Below, piece by piece: positions 8,024-15,883 of a stretch of DNA of 29,307 nucleotides; positions within the stretch are counted from its first letter, which is position 1, and the number at the start of each line of letters is the position of its first letter. Made by a program: the position numbers and the translations under genes. The DNA lies in the IMG/VR virus record IMGVR_UViG_3300023214_000534, positions 1-29,307 of that record; one strand, given 5' to 3'. This DNA comes from a virus (Duplodnaviria > Caudoviricetes). The notes under the pieces are model-generated. The model was not told the origin of the DNA and made no database searches. It saw nothing but the letters and a program-made list of their open reading frames with translations.

Positions 8024-8566
8024 TTATTCTGGGGAGTTTAGTATCTCTTTGATGGTTTGTAAAGGAATGAAATTTGCTTGATCTTTGAGCCACATTCTTT
8101 CCGGTAAGTCGAGCGTTCGAAATGAAAATAAGTTCAGTGTTTTCATGATGCGATAGCGGTTCGTATTGTTGTGTCGGACCAAGTGAGTGGTGCCGCGGTT
8201 AAGTGTTGGGGAGCTGGCGTCGTTCCAGAAGAGTATTTTGCCTTGGTTGGAGTCTCGTGCGCGAACAAGTAGGTTAACTGAACCCAGGTTAGTTTCGTTG
8301 TGGTGCAGGCGTGTCAGTGCATCGCGAATGGTGAAGAATGAAATGACCAGAGAGAAATCGGAGATGAGTGGTGCTCCGGAGAGGGTGAGAGAATAAAAAC
8401 GACCGTGGTTCACTACCGCGAAGTCATGCCCCATGGCTGGTCCGAACAACAAATAAACCGTGTAATTCGGCAGTCTTATCGTGTCCGTTATGGGTGGAGT
8501 GAAGCGACTCCATGGTATGTATTTACCATAGTTGCCGTTTAATAAGTAGAGAGAAGATCTAATCAT
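8024..8566 (-). CDS. paralogue array member 5 (most diverged)
   Basis: Similar size, with weak motif matches (SLYLL..G, NLLV...NQG.IL). Start is 8566 or 8578. Confidence 0.55.
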   Translation of the reverse strand: MIRSSLYLLNGNYGKYIPWSRFTPPITDTIRLPNYTVYLLFGPAMGHDFAVVNHGRFYSLTLSGAPLISDFSLVISFFTIRDALTRLHHNETNLGSVNLLVRARDSNQGKILFWNDASSPTLNRGTTHLVRHNNTNRYRIMKTLNLFSFRTLDLPERMWLKDQANFIPLQTIKEILNSPE

Positions 8567-9185
8567 CGCTACGTGCATATTCAGTGAGGTAAAACAGGAT
8601 GTCGTATAGAGAAAACCAATTCAACACTTGTGTGTGCGGTATAGGACGAATAACGAGGTCTGGGTTTTCCTCTGGGAGTGGTAGGAATCTACCATGGCGT
8701 TCATCCCAGCAAGCGATTCGTCTTCGAGGCGCAGACATGGTTGAATGAAGTAGGTAGTGATCTCCGTTTACCAAGTTGTAAGTGGTTGTTGATTGTGGGT
8801 AGATTATCGTGCCTTCGTTGGACCTAATATTCAAACTGGGTCTAATGCTCAAGTTTTTCGAGACCATGAAAGACCAATGGTTCGCGTTGAATGTATATGC
8901 GGCATTGAAGAGCCGTTTAACGTAGACCCACCGACGTATGTTAGTACGAGGTAACGTAAAACATTGGTCGTGGGGGCGGGGCGGTAATACGGTGAAGACT
9001 TGTGGATCGACGGGATTAGGCACTGCTAGATAAAACTGTCCTTCGGCGTCTTCTATTAGTATGGACATTCCATTTTCTGGCCAGAGATCGTACGTGTCAT
9101 AGAAGGAATAGAACCACATAATGACGTGGCCTTTCCCAATGCTTCGATCGACGGCGTAGAGATATACATCGGTTCGAGTGGTCAT
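8559..9185 (-). CDS. paralogue array member 4
   Basis: LYAVDR, IED..GQFYL, RRIACWDERHGRF; ATGA-coupled start. Confidence 0.7.
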   Translation of the reverse strand: MTTRTDVYLYAVDRSIGKGHVIMWFYSFYDTYDLWPENGMSILIEDAEGQFYLAVPNPVDPQVFTVLPPRPHDQCFTLPRTNIRRWVYVKRLFNAAYTFNANHWSFMVSKNLSIRPSLNIRSNEGTIIYPQSTTTYNLVNGDHYLLHSTMSAPRRRIACWDERHGRFLPLPEENPDLVIRPIPHTQVLNWFSLYDILFYLTEYARSDD

Positions 9186-9775
9186 GAGCTTGCTTGTCGC
9201 ATGTAATACATTAAGTTGGCGATGGAGAAGAAGCGAAACCGCCAATCCCCATGGTTATTGGGGAATAGTATTTGGGTGCGATTGTAGCTTCCATTAATAA
9301 CGAATCCACCAAGTGCAGGATCCCACCAAGCGATGTGTCGCCAGTGAGTACTAGAAATTACGTAAAAATTGTTGTAGGCCAGTGTGTTAATGTCGGGCCA
9401 AAAGATGCAGGGATGTAATAGATTGCCTGCGTCGGTGCCGCGTTGTACTACGAGAAGAGATAGATTGTTGTTGGGGATATTTATGTTCGACTGACATAGT
9501 TCGGTGAGTGAGTAGCAAGAATCCAATAGATGCGTCGTGGGAAGACTACGGACGATGAATCCAGGTGGATGTGTGGAGGTGAGTATGGATAGCTGACCAT
9601 TATTTGTTTGTGGCGAACGTTTTATGTTTACGAAGTGGAAGTTATTGGTGAAATCTTGTGCGATGCAATAGTAGTTATAAGGTATTTGTTGCTGAAGGAG
9701 CGCGGGTAGATTGTGGGTGGGAATAATTTTGCCGTGGCGGAGATATCGATCGACGATGTATAGGTTTGCTAACAT
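9182..9775 (-). CDS. paralogue array member 3
   Basis: LYIVDR, YCIAQDF, CYSLTELC, RHIAWWD...GGF. Confidence 0.75.
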   Translation of the reverse strand: MLANLYIVDRYLRHGKIIPTHNLPALLQQQIPYNYYCIAQDFTNNFHFVNIKRSPQTNNGQLSILTSTHPPGFIVRSLPTTHLLDSCYSLTELCQSNINIPNNNLSLLVVQRGTDAGNLLHPCIFWPDINTLAYNNFYVISSTHWRHIAWWDPALGGFVINGSYNRTQILFPNNHGDWRFRFFSIANLMYYMRQASS

Positions 9776-10347
9776 GGTGTTATGCGTCTTCGTATTTGTT
9801 GCATTAGATCTAGTAAACGTATGAGAGGAAAGAAAGCAAGGGTATTGCTTGGGTGACACACGTCAACGGTGGTGTCTGATCGACGAATTATAAACACACC
9901 CAGCCTGTCATCCCATTCAGCAATTCGTCGCCATTGCGTGCTGAGTACGAGGTAGTAATTACGGTGGACTAAAGCGTTGGGATACATCTGTTGAGAAAAG
10001 GGATGCAGTACAAATCCTTTGTTGATGCTGTTGTTAACTACGAGTAGTCCTAGTAAATGGTTAGGGGTTCTGAGTTCGCGATTGCATAGCGCGGTGAGAG
10101 AGAAGCAGTAGTTGCGTAAGTCATGCAATGGAATACGAGTGACGTCGATAGTGAGGCGGGTTGAAGCGAGTACGGGCAATTGACCATGCGCGGCATCTCG
10201 GGCAGTACGGCTTGTAGTTACGAGGTAGAAGTGATCGAAGAAGTCTTCCACTATGCAATAGTGGGCAAGATCAAGAGTTGAGTACAGCGTTTGGGGGTGA
10301 ATGCGGCTGGCTTTCCGAACAGCTCGGTTGACCGTGTGAAAGTGCAT
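9769..10347 (-). CDS. paralogue array member 2
   Basis: HYCIVEDF..HFYL, CFSLTALC, RRIAEWD...GVF; start chosen at ATG 10347. Confidence 0.75.
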   Translation of the reverse strand: MHFHTVNRAVRKASRIHPQTLYSTLDLAHYCIVEDFFDHFYLVTTSRTARDAAHGQLPVLASTRLTIDVTRIPLHDLRNYCFSLTALCNRELRTPNHLLGLLVVNNSINKGFVLHPFSQQMYPNALVHRNYYLVLSTQWRRIAEWDDRLGVFIIRRSDTTVDVCHPSNTLAFFPLIRLLDLMQQIRRRITPC

Positions 10348-10351
10348 TGTG

Positions 10352-10933
10352 CTATGTGCCTTGCGCTGTGTGCCGCATGTAGCGCAGCAAGTTAGAAATG
10401 GGGAAGAATTGTAGCGAGTCGTCGGGATATACCCAGTTGTAGTTAGGGTCTCGAACTGCTGAAAACGTGCCCGTCTCATTAGACCATTTGGCAATGTAGC
10501 GCTGGTTGGGCGCGAGAATTAAATAGAACGCATTGTCTATTAGATTGTGCGTAGATTCGAAGCGCTGAGGATGTACCAACATGTGTGAGTTATTGGCGGG
10601 TTCGACCAAGAGCAATGAGAAAGAGGTGCTGGGGATTTCTGGAAATAAGAAACACAGTTGGGTGAGTGAGTAGCAAGAATTCATTATCTGTGTCGGTGAG
10701 ATAGTATCGGCGAAAGTGCCGCGTCTTGTTGATTGGGATGGGAATAGGGGCAATGGATTATCGTGATTGATTCGACTTCCATTGCCTAGATTGGTGAGAT
10801 AGAAGTGGCCAATGAAGTCCTGCACGATGCAGTAGTGTGGGGCCAGCATTCCGTGGAAGGTATCCACGGAGAGGGCGTGGAATTCTACGGCTTTCCGTTG
10901 TATTCGGTCGGCGGCGTAAAGTTCTATTGACAT
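10352..10933 (-). CDS. paralogue array member 1
   Basis: LYAADR, HYCIVQDF..HFYL, CYSLTQLC, RYIAKW...GTF. Confidence 0.75.
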   Translation of the reverse strand: MSIELYAADRIQRKAVEFHALSVDTFHGMLAPHYCIVQDFIGHFYLTNLGNGSRINHDNPLPLFPSQSTRRGTFADTISPTQIMNSCYSLTQLCFLFPEIPSTSFSLLLVEPANNSHMLVHPQRFESTHNLIDNAFYLILAPNQRYIAKWSNETGTFSAVRDPNYNWVYPDDSLQFFPISNLLRYMRHTAQGT

Positions 10934-10987
10934 GGTGCTGTGTACTCTGCGCTTTGCACTGTTGAGTCGGTGTCGAAGTTCTTAGTG

Positions 10988-11625
10988 CAAGCCGTTGATT
11001 TTGTCGGTGTGGTGCGAAAGGTACAACGCATTAAGTTACTGAAAACTAAGAATTAAATGCTACTTAGATACATGTGCTACCAGCGTGTCAGCACATGTAT
11101 CCGTTGTTTTTGTGCCTAATTTTGCTTCTAAGTTATTGAATTTACTTGTATTTTTGTAAGTTATTGAAACTTATATATAAATATATAAGCTATTGAAATA
11201 TATGTAGCATATATAACAATAGATACATTAGATACATGTTCTGACAAGCAACTAGGTTACAGCAAATACAGTGAAAACGAAAAAAGGGAAAAATAAAAAA
11301 CACCTATACTGTGCCAATGTCGGCCCTTTTTGGCAGCACATGTATCTATTGTTTACGGCCCCACGTATAATCAATGAGTTAGCGTTGGGCAAAAAGTGTC
11401 GAGATCTCGACACCCTAAAAAATCCTTGTAAACCAACGATTTACGTCGAATTCCCCTGGCAGCACATGTATCTATTGTTTTTGTTTCCGTGTATAATCAA
11501 TGAGTTAGCGCTCGAGGGCGGGGGTGTCGAGATTTCGACACCCTTATAAATCAACCACTTATGCTGAGTTGTTTGTGGCAGCACATGTATCTATGCTGGG
11601 TTGTCCGTGGCAGCACATGTATCTA
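10988..11625. repeat. AT-rich iterated region, candidate replication origin
   Basis: TGGCAGCACATGTATCTA at 11331, 11457, 11576 and 11608, with partial or inverted copies at 11066, 11089 and 11229. Palindromes at 11396-11413 and 11522-11543. WATCAANNNNTTR matches. AT-rich core at about 11100-11300. Confidence 0.7.
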
Positions 11626-11635
11626 AGGGAGCTAT

Positions 11636-12127
11636 GTGATGAGTGAGAAGCGTAGGAAGGTGTGGGAGGCTTGGTTGGTTGATTCTGTGCCGCGGGGGCG
11701 CCGGGTGGATTTGCTCGCTGAGCTGCGTGCGATGAACCGTAAGCATAGGTTTCGGCTTTCTGTTTCACGTGCTGTGAGTATTGCACGTGAGCTTGGGTAT
11801 TATGTTTGGTGTGTTGGGGATGAAGATTCTGACTGCGATTGGTATATTGCTTATCGACCGAGACCGATTCCTGTGAAAAAGGTTAGGCGCATGCCACGTG
11901 AGAGTATTGAGTACGGACCGATATTGAATCAGTGGTTAGATCGAAATCTTCGGGTAGGGGAGCGTTTTTTGGTGGCTGATGTGTACAGTCGCTTTCGTCG
12001 AGAGTATGAGGTGGATTATTTGGACCATCGAAGTATAGGGAAGCGAGTGGATCGAAGTAAGTATCGTTTGTATTCGACCATGGTAAAGGGGAAGCGAGCC
12101 CGAGTGATTCGACGTGAAAGCGAGTAA
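11636..12127 (+). CDS. basic putative DNA-binding protein (possibly tandem winged helix)
   Basis: The only convincing + strand gene in the left arm. It has an AAGGGAG RBS right after the last repeat, is Arg/Lys-rich, and has two similar halves. Confidence 0.6.
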   Translation: MMSEKRRKVWEAWLVDSVPRGRRVDLLAELRAMNRKHRFRLSVSRAVSIARELGYYVWCVGDEDSDCDWYIAYRPRPIPVKKVRRMPRESIEYGPILNQWLDRNLRVGERFLVADVYSRFRREYEVDYLDHRSIGKRVDRSKYRLYSTMVKGKRARVIRRESE

Positions 12128-12300
12128 TCCCCGTACCCCTTGTGAATCGTCTCGGGGTGGGTGGGTGGGAGGAGGACCGCAATCGTTAGATTGCGGTCTC
12201 GACGAGTGGTCATCGTTCATGTTCGTCGGTGAGTAGTTGGACGAGGAATACGATGAGTAGAGTGAGTAGGATGGGTGTCATTGGTGTCGAGCGCTGTGTA

Positions 12301-12354
12301 AATAAAAAACGCCCCCGCGGCCAGCGCTGAGCGGAGCAGCTGGCGGCGGGGGCG
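12301..12354 (-). terminator. intrinsic terminator
   Basis: CGCCCCCGC / GCGGGGGCG stem with an extended inner helix, followed on the - strand by TTTTTTATTT. Confidence 0.7.
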
Positions 12355-12493
12355 AGGGGGCATGAGGGAGGTAGGACTACGCTTCGCTAGTGTTCATTCA
12401 CCTGCGCACCGATTTATACCCGCTTAAGGGGGACCGGCGACTCACGTAGATTTACCATCCATGCATTTGGATGCCTACCGTGGTGGGTTGCAG

Positions 12494-13249
12494 CTAGAAG
12501 ATCGTACTTGGATCTTCGCGCTGTGCTCGAGTGATCCACTCGCCCAGCTCTTTCTGTTGGGCTTTGAGCAGATGGACGTCGTTGGCGCTGTCCAGGTTGC
12601 CACGTACGACGCTCTCGATTGCGAATTCGATCACTTTTGAGATTCGCCTGTCGATGGTCTCAGCGATCTTCAGCTGATACCGCGGCGGCAGGTGTTCGAA
12701 TCCGCCCCGAGGGGTCAGTTCGTGGTAGTTGTCCAGGATTTGATCCTTGTTCTGCGACAGCATGTCACTGGCACGCTTGCGCTGGTTCTTGATCGCGTCT
12801 CGGATTTCGTCGGGTGATAGCTCGAGTACGGGTACGAGCGATTCTACGACTTTTTCCGGTACCGATCCGTTGGACTGGATCATGAAGTCCAGGGTGCTGC
12901 CGGGGTCCGAGCACGCTGCCTTCAGGTCGTCGGGGAAATTCAGTCCGTCGAACACGTATTCGAGGACGGATTTCAGATGGCCCGCGGTGGTTGCGGGGTC
13001 TTGGGTTTCCGGAACTCCTGCCATTCCGAATTCCGAGTTCTCGAGCGAGCGTTCGTGGCGCTCGTTGAGGAGTTTGTTGAAACCGTCGATGCCGGACTCT
13101 TCGGTCGGGGTGTTTAACTTCATGTCGGCGCTCAGGAGTCCGAGGATGCTGGCGTTGATGGATCCAGCGAATGCGCGGACGTTGTACGCTTGCGTGCGCA
13201 GGTCGAGGGGTTTGAGTCCCTCGATGAAGTGGATTGTGGGGTCACTCAT
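12494..13249 (-). CDS. hypothetical helical protein
   Basis: 251 aa with GGAGG RBS, overlapping the upstream gene end. Confidence 0.75.
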   Translation of the reverse strand: MSDPTIHFIEGLKPLDLRTQAYNVRAFAGSINASILGLLSADMKLNTPTEESGIDGFNKLLNERHERSLENSEFGMAGVPETQDPATTAGHLKSVLEYVFDGLNFPDDLKAACSDPGSTLDFMIQSNGSVPEKVVESLVPVLELSPDEIRDAIKNQRKRASDMLSQNKDQILDNYHELTPRGGFEHLPPRYQLKIAETIDRRISKVIEFAIESVVRGNLDSANDVHLLKAQQKELGEWITRAQREDPSTIF

Positions 13250-13460
13250 CGTCGATTTCCTCCAGTTCGTCGAGCGAAAAGAACAGACCGCCGCCGCCGA
13301 TGGCGGGGCCGGTCATCATCACGCGGTCCGGGTTGACGGCGCCGATGATGGGGTCTCCGCCGCTGGTCAGAACCGTCTTGACTTGGGAGCCCTTCAAGTC
13401 AGGGGCGAAGGCGGGCGGTACGGTGATGCGGTACTTCTTGTTGGGGTCGATACTCGTCAT
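13242..13460 (-). CDS. small hypothetical protein
   Basis: GGAG RBS and ATGA coupling at 13460 (MTSIDPNKKY). Confidence 0.65.
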   Translation of the reverse strand: MTSIDPNKKYRITVPPAFAPDLKGSQVKTVLTSGGDPIIGAVNPDRVMMTGPAIGGGGLFFSLDELEEIDDE

Positions 13461-13771
13461 TGTGAGTTTCTCCAGTTGTTGCGAGCGAGGTCGAAGATTT
13501 CGATTGCCCACGTGGGTGATTTGTCTCCGAAGTTGGGGACGATTCGCGAGCATGTTGCCGCGGCCGCGTCGATGTCTCCGTCAAAGCATTTGGCGATGTG
13601 TTCTGATGCCTCGTTTGACAGGAGGGTGTACCGGCGGTCGAGCTCGATCACTTCATCGAATTCGAATTCCTCGAGTTCGATGTTGTCGGTACTGAGGTTT
13701 TCGATTTCGATTTCAACGCCTGGCGCAGTCCGAGCTGCGTCGCACAATGCTTGATGTAGCGATTTTGCCAT
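13457..13771 (-). CDS. acidic hypothetical protein
   Basis: GAGGT RBS before ATG 13771. Confidence 0.65.
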   Translation of the reverse strand: MAKSLHQALCDAARTAPGVEIEIENLSTDNIELEEFEFDEVIELDRRYTLLSNEASEHIAKCFDGDIDAAAATCSRIVPNFGDKSPTWAIEIFDLARNNWRNSQ

Positions 13772-13870
13772 TCCCAATTACCTCGTTTGTAGGGGCTAGT
13801 AGTTAGTACGGAGTGCGCGGTGTGCGGCACCCCGTACCAACCCCAGCCCCCAGGCAGTACTGCCCCTGAC

Positions 13871-14326
13871 CTAACCCAACCCCCCTAACACCGCGATGAA
13901 TCGATTCTCCGGTGTTTCGAAGGCCACAGAAATAAAAAAGCCCCCCAGCGCCGGAGCGCCGGGGGGCGAGGGGGGGTAGAACGGCAGGTGCGTTTCCTGC
14001 GGCTCGAGCGGTTGCTCGAAGCTCAGGCCGTACGCCTTGGCCTCGGCGTTCTTCGGTCGCCACATCACGACCTGCTCGGTCGCCCCGGTGGAACGGTCGA
14101 GGAGGGTGAGCCTCGCGACCGGGCCGTTATCGACCCGCTGGCTGGGCGGGATGGGCGTTCCGGTGAGCTGGAATCGCCCGCCGGCGACGCTGATGACGCC
14201 GTTCTCGAGCGTGCCGCGCACCGTCTGGTAGGCGTCGTTGCCGAGCCGTATCCGACCGAACACTTCGGTCGAATTGGCAACAAACGCGAGCGTGCCGATG
14301 CCGGGGTTGGTCTGTGCATCCGTCAT
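13871..14326 (-). CDS. cassette gene: beta-rich protein, possibly DUF736/SSB-like; natural end probably HLPF at 13979
   Basis: Shared GGAGTAATCGACATG start. The ORF reads through a terminator hairpin after ...ETHLPF-TAC. Confidence 0.6.
   Translation of the reverse strand: MTDAQTNPGIGTLAFVANSTEVFGRIRLGNDAYQTVRGTLENGVISVAGGRFQLTGTPIPPSQRVDNGPVARLTLLDRSTGATEQVVMWRPKNAEAKAYGLSFEQPLEPQETHLPFYPPSPPGAPALGGFFISVAFETPENRFIAVLGGLG
13916..13967 (-). repeat. 52-bp repeat B copy 1, containing an intrinsic terminator
   Basis: One mismatch to 14427-14478; GCCCCCC stem followed by TTTTTTATTT on the - strand. Confidence 0.9.
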
Positions 14327-14426
14327 GTCGATTACTCCTATGCTTGATTGCAGCAACATTGCTGCCACACCCAGCCCCCAGGATGGTGAGCTGGGCCCTG
14401 CCCCCAGCACGCAGGGTGCCGGGGGC

Positions 14427-14478
14427 TTCGAAGGCCACAGAAATAAAAAAGCCCCCCAGTGCCGGAGCGCCGGGGGGC
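14427..14478 (-). repeat. 52-bp repeat B copy 2, containing an intrinsic terminator
   Basis: One mismatch to 13916-13967; lies just after the DUF4326 stop. Confidence 0.9.
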
Positions 14479-14486
14479 TTTGCGGC

Positions 14487-14753
14487 CTACTCTTCGTTCG
14501 CGATGCGCAGCAGCACATCGGCATGGCACGCCTTCGGTGCGCACCAGCAGACGAGATCTCTCCCGCGCAGCTCTGTCTTCACTCGAGCGACAAGCCCGGG
14601 CTTAGACTCAATCCATTCCTCGAACCGAGCGATTACTTCCTCGCGCGTTCCGTGCACTCCCACCTTGAACGGATTCCCGAACGCCGTCGGCCTGCCGACG
14701 TACACCGCGCTCGCTGGTCGACTCCCATCTCGCTTATTCCACACTTTCGGCAT
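14487..14753 (-). CDS. DUF4326 family protein
   Basis: VYVGRPTAFGNPF...TREEVI...LRGRDLVCWCAPKACHADVL signature; shared cassette RBS at ATG 14753. Confidence 0.85.
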   Translation of the reverse strand: MPKVWNKRDGSRPASAVYVGRPTAFGNPFKVGVHGTREEVIARFEEWIESKPGLVARVKTELRGRDLVCWCAPKACHADVLLRIANEE

Positions 14754-14774
14754 ATCGATTACTCCGTTGTTGAA

Positions 14775-14857
14775 CTCAACCACAGCCCCCAGGCCCCTAT
14801 GAATCTCCGGGGGCAACAAGGAAAAACCCCGCCGACGAGCTGCCGGCGGGGCTGAGG
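14775..14857 (-). repeat. 83-bp repeat A copy 1 (terminator plus leader motif)
   Basis: Identical to 15132-15214; CCCCGCCG stem with TTTTT, then CCTGGGGGCTG. Confidence 0.92.
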
Positions 14858-14866
14858 TGCTATGGT

Positions 14867-15100
14867 TCAGAACGGGAGGAAATGGTGGACTGCGAAACCG
14901 CGGCGCTCGATCTCGGCCTCGATCAGCTCCGCGAACTCTACGGCGTTTGCGAATGCGTAGGTGATCTCGAGGTGTCGCCGCGACTCCGTGTCTCCCTCGG
15001 TCCGGCTCTCCTCCTCGGCTCGGCGGTTGTCTTCCCGCACAGCGCGCGCTGCGTCGTACAGCGCTGAGAGGGTTGCGGTGGTGATGTACTTCAATTCCAT
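14867..15100 (-). CDS. cassette gene: small helical protein ending FLPF
   Basis: Shared cassette RBS; resembles 15218..15448. Confidence 0.7.
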   Translation of the reverse strand: MELKYITTATLSALYDAARAVREDNRRAEEESRTEGDTESRRHLEITYAFANAVEFAELIEAEIERRGFAVHHFLPF

Positions 15101-15131
15101 GTCGATTACTCCTGTTGAATGGGACACGAAC

Positions 15132-15214
15132 CTCAACCACAGCCCCCAGGCCCCTATGAATCTCCGGGGGCAACAAGGAAAAACCCCGCCGACGAGCTGC
15201 CGGCGGGGCTGAGG
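15132..15214 (-). repeat. 83-bp repeat A copy 2
   Basis: Identical to 14775-14857. Confidence 0.92.
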
Positions 15215-15217
15215 GGC

Positions 15218-15448
15218 TTAGAACGGGATGTCGTCGTCTATCAGTGCGACACGGCGGATTCTGCGCTCCTGCGCTATACGTTCGAGGAATTCCTGGGCTG
15301 CCAGATGTTCCTGGACAGCCTCTAAGTCGGGGTCATCCTCTCCGGCGGTTCGAGCCTCGAGGTCGTACTCCACTGCCAGAGCGGCGTCGTGCAGCAGCTC
15401 GAGCACCTCGTCGCTGAGGTTGGCGATGGGGAGGAATTTCTGGGGCAT
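15218..15448 (-). CDS. cassette gene: small acidic helical protein ending DDDIPF
   Basis: Shared cassette RBS; the last six residues match the E. coli SSB tail. Confidence 0.7.
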   Translation of the reverse strand: MPQKFLPIANLSDEVLELLHDAALAVEYDLEARTAGEDDPDLEAVQEHLAAQEFLERIAQERRIRRVALIDDDIPF

Positions 15449-15849
15449 ATCGATTACTCCTGTTGAATGGGACACGAACTTCAACCACAGCCCCCAGGCG
15501 CGGCGTGTGAAGGGTCGACGAGGGAAGATTCCAGCAACGGTGGGGCGTGCGGGGAATCGATGCGGGAAAATCCCAGCGATAACTGCGCCCGACGAGGAGG
15601 TATCCCCGCGGCGATAAGGGAGAACAGCCAGGAACGGTGCTACGACGAGGAGGGCGCAGTTGTCGCGGGGCGAGGCGGGTGAACGGGGGCGCGGCGATCA
15701 ACGGGGCCCAGTCGGTCGGGTTTCGGTTTGCGGTAGAACGAAGCGAAGGGCGATGGGCTGCGGCGCGGCGTGTGGGAGGGGGGAGGGATGCGTTAGCCTC
15801 AGATTTTTGAGGTCTGCGCCCCGGTTGGGGCTGTAACTTAGTTCTGCGT

Positions 15850-15879
15850 TAGCAGCCCCATAGATCAGACGTTTATAAG
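15850..15879 (+). promoter_or_regulatory. candidate late promoter (terS)
   Basis: TAGCAGCCCC-N14-TATAAG. Confidence 0.6.
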
Positions 15880-15883
15880 GCGG

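Noticed and set aside
8024-10933. Diversity-generating retroelement targets
   Set aside because: No reverse transcriptase or near-identical TR/VR pair is visible, and divergence runs along the whole genes.
11271-11549. 92-aa + strand ORF with an internal repeat
   Set aside because: Its repeated peptide is just the translation of the DNA repeats; it is probably non-coding.
11331-11625. 18-bp direct repeats as a CRISPR array
   Set aside because: The repeats are too short, spacing is irregular (126, 119, 32 bp), the intervening sequences resemble each other, and there are no cas genes.
12747-13754. 335-aa + strand ORF
   Set aside because: Antisense shadow of three RBS-supported - strand genes, with Ser-rich composition.
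14487-15176. 229-aa ORF as listed in the track
   Set aside because: The upstream part crosses a terminator and another cassette gene; the DUF4326 domain starts at RBS-supported ATG 14753.
13844-15498. Integron cassette array
   Set aside because: There is no integrase and no attC-like RYYYAAC...GTTRRRY boundary; the repeats are terminator and leader modules.
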